Below, in pieces: positions 59,376 through 64,000 of a stretch of 64,000 bases of DNA. The position numbers and the translations under genes are program-made. The notes beneath the pieces were generated by a model. That model saw nothing but the letters and a program-made list of their open reading frames with translations, did not search any database and was not told the origin of the DNA. The stretch is from Sminthopsis crassicaudata (lineage: Eukaryota): NCBI RefSeq assembly GCF_048593235.1, contig NC_133619.1:651722558-651786557 (forward strand), in the 5' to 3' direction. The stretch's first letter is position 1; each line of letters begins with the position of its first letter.

Positions 59376-61931
59376 TCAGGAGCACACGGCCGTCTGCAGG
59401 GGCATGGAGATCATCAGAGTCTGCAGAAGGGACGGGAGGTGTGAAGAGCCAGGTCCCCGCCCGGCCCCCTGCTGGCTCCCAGGTCACAGCCCCCCCCCAG
59501 CCCACCTTGCTCTTCCGGTTGAAGGCGGCCCGGCACTGCTCTTGGTCAATGTGATGCGGGACAAAGATGTCCACGTGGTAGGGGGCTCCCGGTGCCCCCA
59601 GGACCAGTCGGTTCTCCCCCAAGCTGAAGTGACAGCTCCCGGGCAGAGGCCTGGAACAGGCAGAGTGAGACGCCAGCCCGGGGCCTGAGCCTTCTCAGCG
59701 CAGACCCCCGGCCCTCTTGGGCCCAACGGGAACGTGCTGGGCTCCGGCTCTCCCCGCCCCAACTGGGCCGAAGCCCCCCGACACTCACCACTGTGGGCAA
59801 GACCACCTCAAGCCAGAAGCAGGTCTGGGGCCTCCAGCCAGAGCCTCAGCGGGGGATGGGCAGAGCTGGGCAAGGGGGAGAGACAGTAGTCCATCAACAG
59901 GCGTTCCCCAGCACCTACCGCCAGGGCCCCGAGGCAACCTCCCCGCCTGCAAAGGGCTTCCTGCCTGAGTGCTCCCACAGACGCCCCCTCGTCCCCCCAC
60001 GGGAAACAAGACAAAGCCCCCCCGGCACATGTGGCGCAGCCGTGCAGGTGGCTGGCGTCCTCCGAGACGGAACCAGCAGGGCAGGGGCAGAGGCAGGTGT
60101 GCTCAGGTGTGCCCGAGGCAGCCCTGAGGATGCCCGGGGGCAGAGCATCGGGCTCCTGCACGCACGCTGCCCCCAGCCCCTCTCACCCGTCTCCTAGCTC
60201 CTGGATGGTCGGGGGGCCGCGGCTGGCTCTGGGTGCGGATGTTCTGCTGGGAGATGGAGCCCAGGAAAGGGCCGGTATTTCAGCAGGCGCCACTCTGAGG
60301 GAGGCCAAGATCGGGCTCAGCGGGCTGCGTACGGGCTCCCCAGGCCCCGCCGAGCGCCAGCCCCCAGGAAGGCCTCACTCGGCGTGAGCTGGGTCCCGTA
60401 CTTGTCCTCCAAACCCTCCATGGCCACCGTGACGAAAAACTCCAGGAAAGAAGTCGTTACTCTGGGAAAGACGGGAGACGTCGCTCACGGCCTGAACCCC
60501 GCGGGCTCCTTCCGGAGCTCTGCCCTCAGCCCTTCGAGTGGTCCCACAGCCCGCCCATCCCCCCCCCACTCCTGCCGCCCTTGCCCACCACCCCACTCCT
60601 GCAGCCCCTGCCCATCCCCCCACTCCTGCAGCCCCTGCCCCACCCCCCCCACTCCTGCAGCCCCTGCCCACCCCCCCCACTCTTGGAGCCCCTGCCCATC
60701 CCCCCCACTCCTGCAGCCCCTGCCCATCCCCCCACTCCTGCAGCCCCTGCCCGCCCCCCCCACTCCTGCCGCCCCTGCCCACCCCCCCACTCCTGGAGCC
60801 CCTGCCCATCCCCCCACCCCCTGCCGCCCCTGCCCATCCCCCCAGACTCCTGCCGCCCCTGCCCACCCCCCCCACCCCTGCAGCCCCCTGCCCACCCCCC
60901 ACCCCTGCAGCCCCTGCCCACCCCCCCCACTCCTGCAGCCCCCCCTCCTGTACCCGAAGCTTCTTGTAGAAGTTGCTGTTGATGGCGACGTCATAGGCCG
61001 TGCAGCCGTTCCCTCCTGGGGGGATGAACACAATCCGTGCCGGGACCCGGAGCTCCCCAGGCTTCCACCCACCAGCCCGGGGACCCCCAGAGACGGAAGC
61101 AGAGGGGAAGCCGGGGGAGGGGAGAGCAGAGGGCGGCCGCAGGCAGAGTGAGATGGGAGGAGGGCCCGCGGGGCAGAGAGGGCCGGCTGGGGCGCACCTC
61201 GGTCCAGCTCGGCGTGGGGCTCTCCCAGACTCATGGGGATGCGGAAGGCGGCCTGGTCCCCCTCCAGGACGCACAGCAGCTCCTGCTCGCTGAGGTCGGC
61301 CGGGGCCGGGATGGCGTCCGACTGACACACGTTGATGAAGACCTTTCCCTCCGCCGAGCGGGTCTTGACGCAGAAACCTGGAGGAGGCCGAGCAGCGGGG
61401 GAGACGGGGGCGGGGCCCCCAACCCATCGGGATGGAGACAGGGCGGGGGTGTGGGACCCGAGGCGAGGGAGCGGGGACCCCAAGGAGAGGATGGGGGAGC
61501 GGGGACCCCGAGGAGAGGATTGGGGGGGTGTGGGACCCGAGGTGGGGGAGCGGGGACCCCAAGGAGAGGATGGGGGGGGTGCGGGACCCCGAGGCGAGGG
61601 AGCGGGGACCCCGAGGCGAGGGTGGCAGGGTGCGGGGACTCCTATGCGGGGGGTGCAGGGAGGGGGGTCCCCGGCCCCTTACCAGCCTTGGGCTGGATCT
61701 GCCTGGAGTCGGGCATGGGGGACTGCGCGTCCAGGATCTTCTGCATGGCCTGCGGGACAGGGACAGAGTGAGCCCCGCCCCCTCCCGGCCGGCCCCCCCT
61801 CCCCCTCCCGGGCCCACCTGCAGCAGCATCTGCTCGCACAGGCCCCGGCTCTCCTCCGCAGCCTCGGCCCTCGCCTCCTCCCGCAGCTCCGCGGCCAGCA
61901 GGGAGCTGTCCCTTCCGGGGGCCGAGGCCAT
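59376..61931 (-). CDS. PIH1D1: PIH1 domain-containing protein 1 (R2TP subunit), 9 coding exons; as assembled it carries five +1 insertions
   Basis: Exons 61931-61818, 61749-61683, 61377-61198, 61015-60954, 60461-60379, 60294-60187, 59865-59789, 59650-59506, 59420-59376. Motifs GFCVKT, KVFINVC, FRIPMSLGEPHAELD, CTAYDVAINS, EGLEDKY, LWLEAPDLLLA, AAFNRK. Frameshifts in exons 5-8 (see findings). Confidence 0.93.
60555..60945. repeat. ~27-28-bp C-rich VNTR in PIH1D1 intron 4 (cccccccactcctgcagcccctgccca)
   Basis: About 14 copies filling most of the intron. Confidence 0.95.
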
Positions 61932-62329
61932 GGCCTGGGGGGGGCGCTGGGGCTTCCCAACCTGCGGACACACACCAAGGGTCGGGGGATGCCCCGGGGC
62001 TCCCCCTCCCCCCCGGGCTCCCCCTCCCCCCGGGTCTGGGGGCCGCCCCCACCTAAAGGAAGCGGGAGACGCCGCCGCGGGGGTCTGGGCCTTCCCTTCC
62101 TCCCTGGCTGGTTACCGGGGCCGCCGGACCGGACTCTGGGGGCTGCGGGAATTAGGGGTGGATTCTGCCCCCGCCTGGACCCCCTGGGGCTGCCGAGCGT
62201 AAAGAACGCTTAGGGGTTGCGACCCTCTCCGGGCACCTGGAGGAGGGAGGCCCTCAGCCCCGGGACCCAAGACCCTGCAGGCGCCCCCCAGCCCCACTTC
62301 CGGCGGCTGGCGAGTTTGGCCGTCACCAG

Positions 62330-62529
62330 GGAAGCCGCGCTTCGGCCCCCCGTGCCACACTTCCTGCCTACGACCCCGCCCCCATCCGGCCAGCATGCCA
62401 CACTTCCTGTATGTCAAGCGAACCAATGGGAGGCTGCGGCGGGAAAGGGAGGCGGGGCGTGCGCCGAAGGGGGCGGGGCCCGGCGTGTTCCTGAGTAGTG
62501 TCCCGGGGCTGCAGCTTGGAGCGGGCACT
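62330..62529. promoter_or_regulatory. PIH1D1/ALDH16A1 bidirectional promoter
   Basis: Repeated cacttcc ETS motifs, ccaat at ~62423, GC box ggggcgggg, between divergently oriented genes. Confidence 0.7.
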
Positions 62530-63995
62530 ATGGCGGCGGAGGCGGGTCTCTGTCACGGGCTCCGGGGCGTCCGGCGCCCGGAACGTCTTCTCCTCCATGG
62601 ACTACGGCCCTGCGCCCGAGAGCCCCTCGCTGGCGCTGGTGAGGCACCCCGCAACACGGGCGCCCCCGCAGCTGGGCGCCCCCAGCACCCCGACTCAGCC
62701 CTGAGAACGCCCCCCCTCCCTGAACCCAAGCCCGGCCGGCCCCCCTCCCCCCGGCGCCCCGACCGGCCCTGAGAACGCCCCCCTCCCCCCGGCGCCCCGA
62801 CCGGCCCTGCTTGTGCCCGGCCAGACCCCCCCCCCCCAACTGAACGGGGGATTGGGAAGTTAGGATCGGTGGCCCCGCGGATGCCTGATTCACGCGCCCT
62901 GTGCCCTGAGCCCCGGGCTCCCCCCGCCTGCCGCCCCCCTGCCGGGGACCCTGGCTGCCCCCTGGGTCCCCGAGGATTCCGGGGCTGCAGCCCCTGTCCC
63001 GGGCCCCTGCACCCCCGCGGCCCCTGGGGCTCCGAGCTGTCCGGGGGCTCTGCCGGGGCCTCCACGGCCTCCCGACTGGCCCGTTGGCAGTGAACTCTGC
63101 CCCGGCCGGGCACCTGCACGCGCCCGCGGGCGGACTTCCGGTCCTGGGCCGAGCTCAGCAGACTTTGGGCCTGGCAGGATCCGGCCCCCCCTGGGTTCGG
63201 CTCCTCCGCCCCCACGCCAGGGCTGCGGCTCCTCGGCTGGTCTCCCGGAGCCCCCCGGAGCCCCCTGACGTGGCCCCGTTTCCCTCAGGCCTGGCTGCAC
63301 GAGCAGGGCGCGAAGCTGGGCCACTTTGTGAACGGAGAGTGGCGGACGCCCGAGGGCCAAGAGCCCGTCGTCTGCAGGGACCCCTGCTCAGGTACCGGCG
63401 GCCCCCCGGGTCCGGCCCCTCCTCGTCCCCGGCGACCCAGTGGGACGCCCTCGTCTGGGGGGACGGGGGAGGGGCGCTAAGAGCTCTGTGGCCAGGCGAG
63501 CTCCTGGCCAGCTGTTTGCAGGCCGACAGCGGGTTTGTGGCTTCGGCCGTGGACGTGGCCGGGCGAGCTTTTGAGACGTGGAGCCGGCTGCCCGGGGCCG
63601 CTCGTGCCCAGCACCTGCTTAGGTAAGGGAGCCCCAGACTGGGTTCCTCTGCCTGCCCAGGGACGGAAGGGGAAGTGGGCCGGACGCAGATGCTCCTGCC
63701 CGCTTTGGGCCGGCCCCCGGGGAGTTTGGGCCCCGCTGGATCAGAGCCCCTGGGACTGGGGCCTTGGGGGGGGTGCGGAGAGCCAGGGGGCGTACCCATC
63801 TCCTCTCCTCCCCCAGGCTGGCAGAGACGATCCGGAGGCATCAGAAGCTCCTGTGGACTCTGGAGGCGATGGCGTCAGGCCGGGTGGTGCGCGAGGTCCG
63901 GGACGGGGACCTGCCCCTGGCCCAGCAGCTGCTGCAGTACCACGCGTGCTGGGCCCAGACGCAGGAGCAGGCCCTCTCGGGATGGGAGCCCGTGG
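62530..63995 (+). CDS. ALDH16A1: Aldehyde dehydrogenase 16 family member A1, exons 1-4 (continues beyond the window); exon 1 has a +1 insertion as assembled
   Basis: Exons 62530-62638, 63289-63391, 63496-63622, 63817-63995. Peptides [59 protein letters not shown]. Confidence 0.95.
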
Positions 63996-64000
63996 GTGAG

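Noticed and set aside
60187-60461. Idea of a genuine compensated triple frameshift in PIH1D1: three +1 events restore the frame with no stop
   Set aside because: A fourth insertion in exon 7 creates TGA and a fifth follows in exon 8, and the ancestral frames remain conserved, so error is more parsimonious.
60375-62213. 532-aa and overlapping long ORFs across PIH1D1
   Set aside because: Read-through of GC-rich introns and the VNTR; only the exon segments are homologous to PIH1D1.

Overview
Mammalian, most likely marsupial, genomic DNA, inferred from WSINE1/MAR1-type SINEs and marsupial-type L1 ends. It corresponds to part of human 19q13.33. Two very GC-rich gene blocks with tiny introns flank an AT-rich, repeat-dense island at about 37.9-52.3 kb. 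Left block: GYS1 exons 4-16 (+), FTL (-), BAX (-), DHDH (-), NUCB1 (-), TULP2 (+). All were reconstructed by hand exon by exon with intact frames and GT-AG junctions. Right block: PIH1D1 (-) head-to-head with ALDH16A1 exons 1-4 (+). Regulatory elements readable in the sequence are the FTL iron-responsive element, a duplicated FTL ARE/MARE, the BAX intron-1 p53 element, ZNF143-type motifs and four CTCF-like sites in DHDH. The island holds a gag-less, env-less betaretrovirus-like provirus remnant with its 3' LTR, and a stack of L1 insertions reusing one target site. The most notable points are: (1) TULP2 sits next to PIH1D1, unlike the human gene order; (2) a 33-bp tandem repeat triplicates an in-frame TULP2 splice donor; (3) TULP2 has extra acidic poly-Glu exons; (4) the CTCF array in DHDH; (5) retroelement copies near the GC blocks are shifted AT-to-GC; (6) six single-base insertions in homopolymers break PIH1D1 and ALDH16A1, probably assembly error. 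I found no CRISPR, rRNA or tRNA genes and no convincing novel protein-coding system. Comparisons with human are from recalled knowledge, not a database search.
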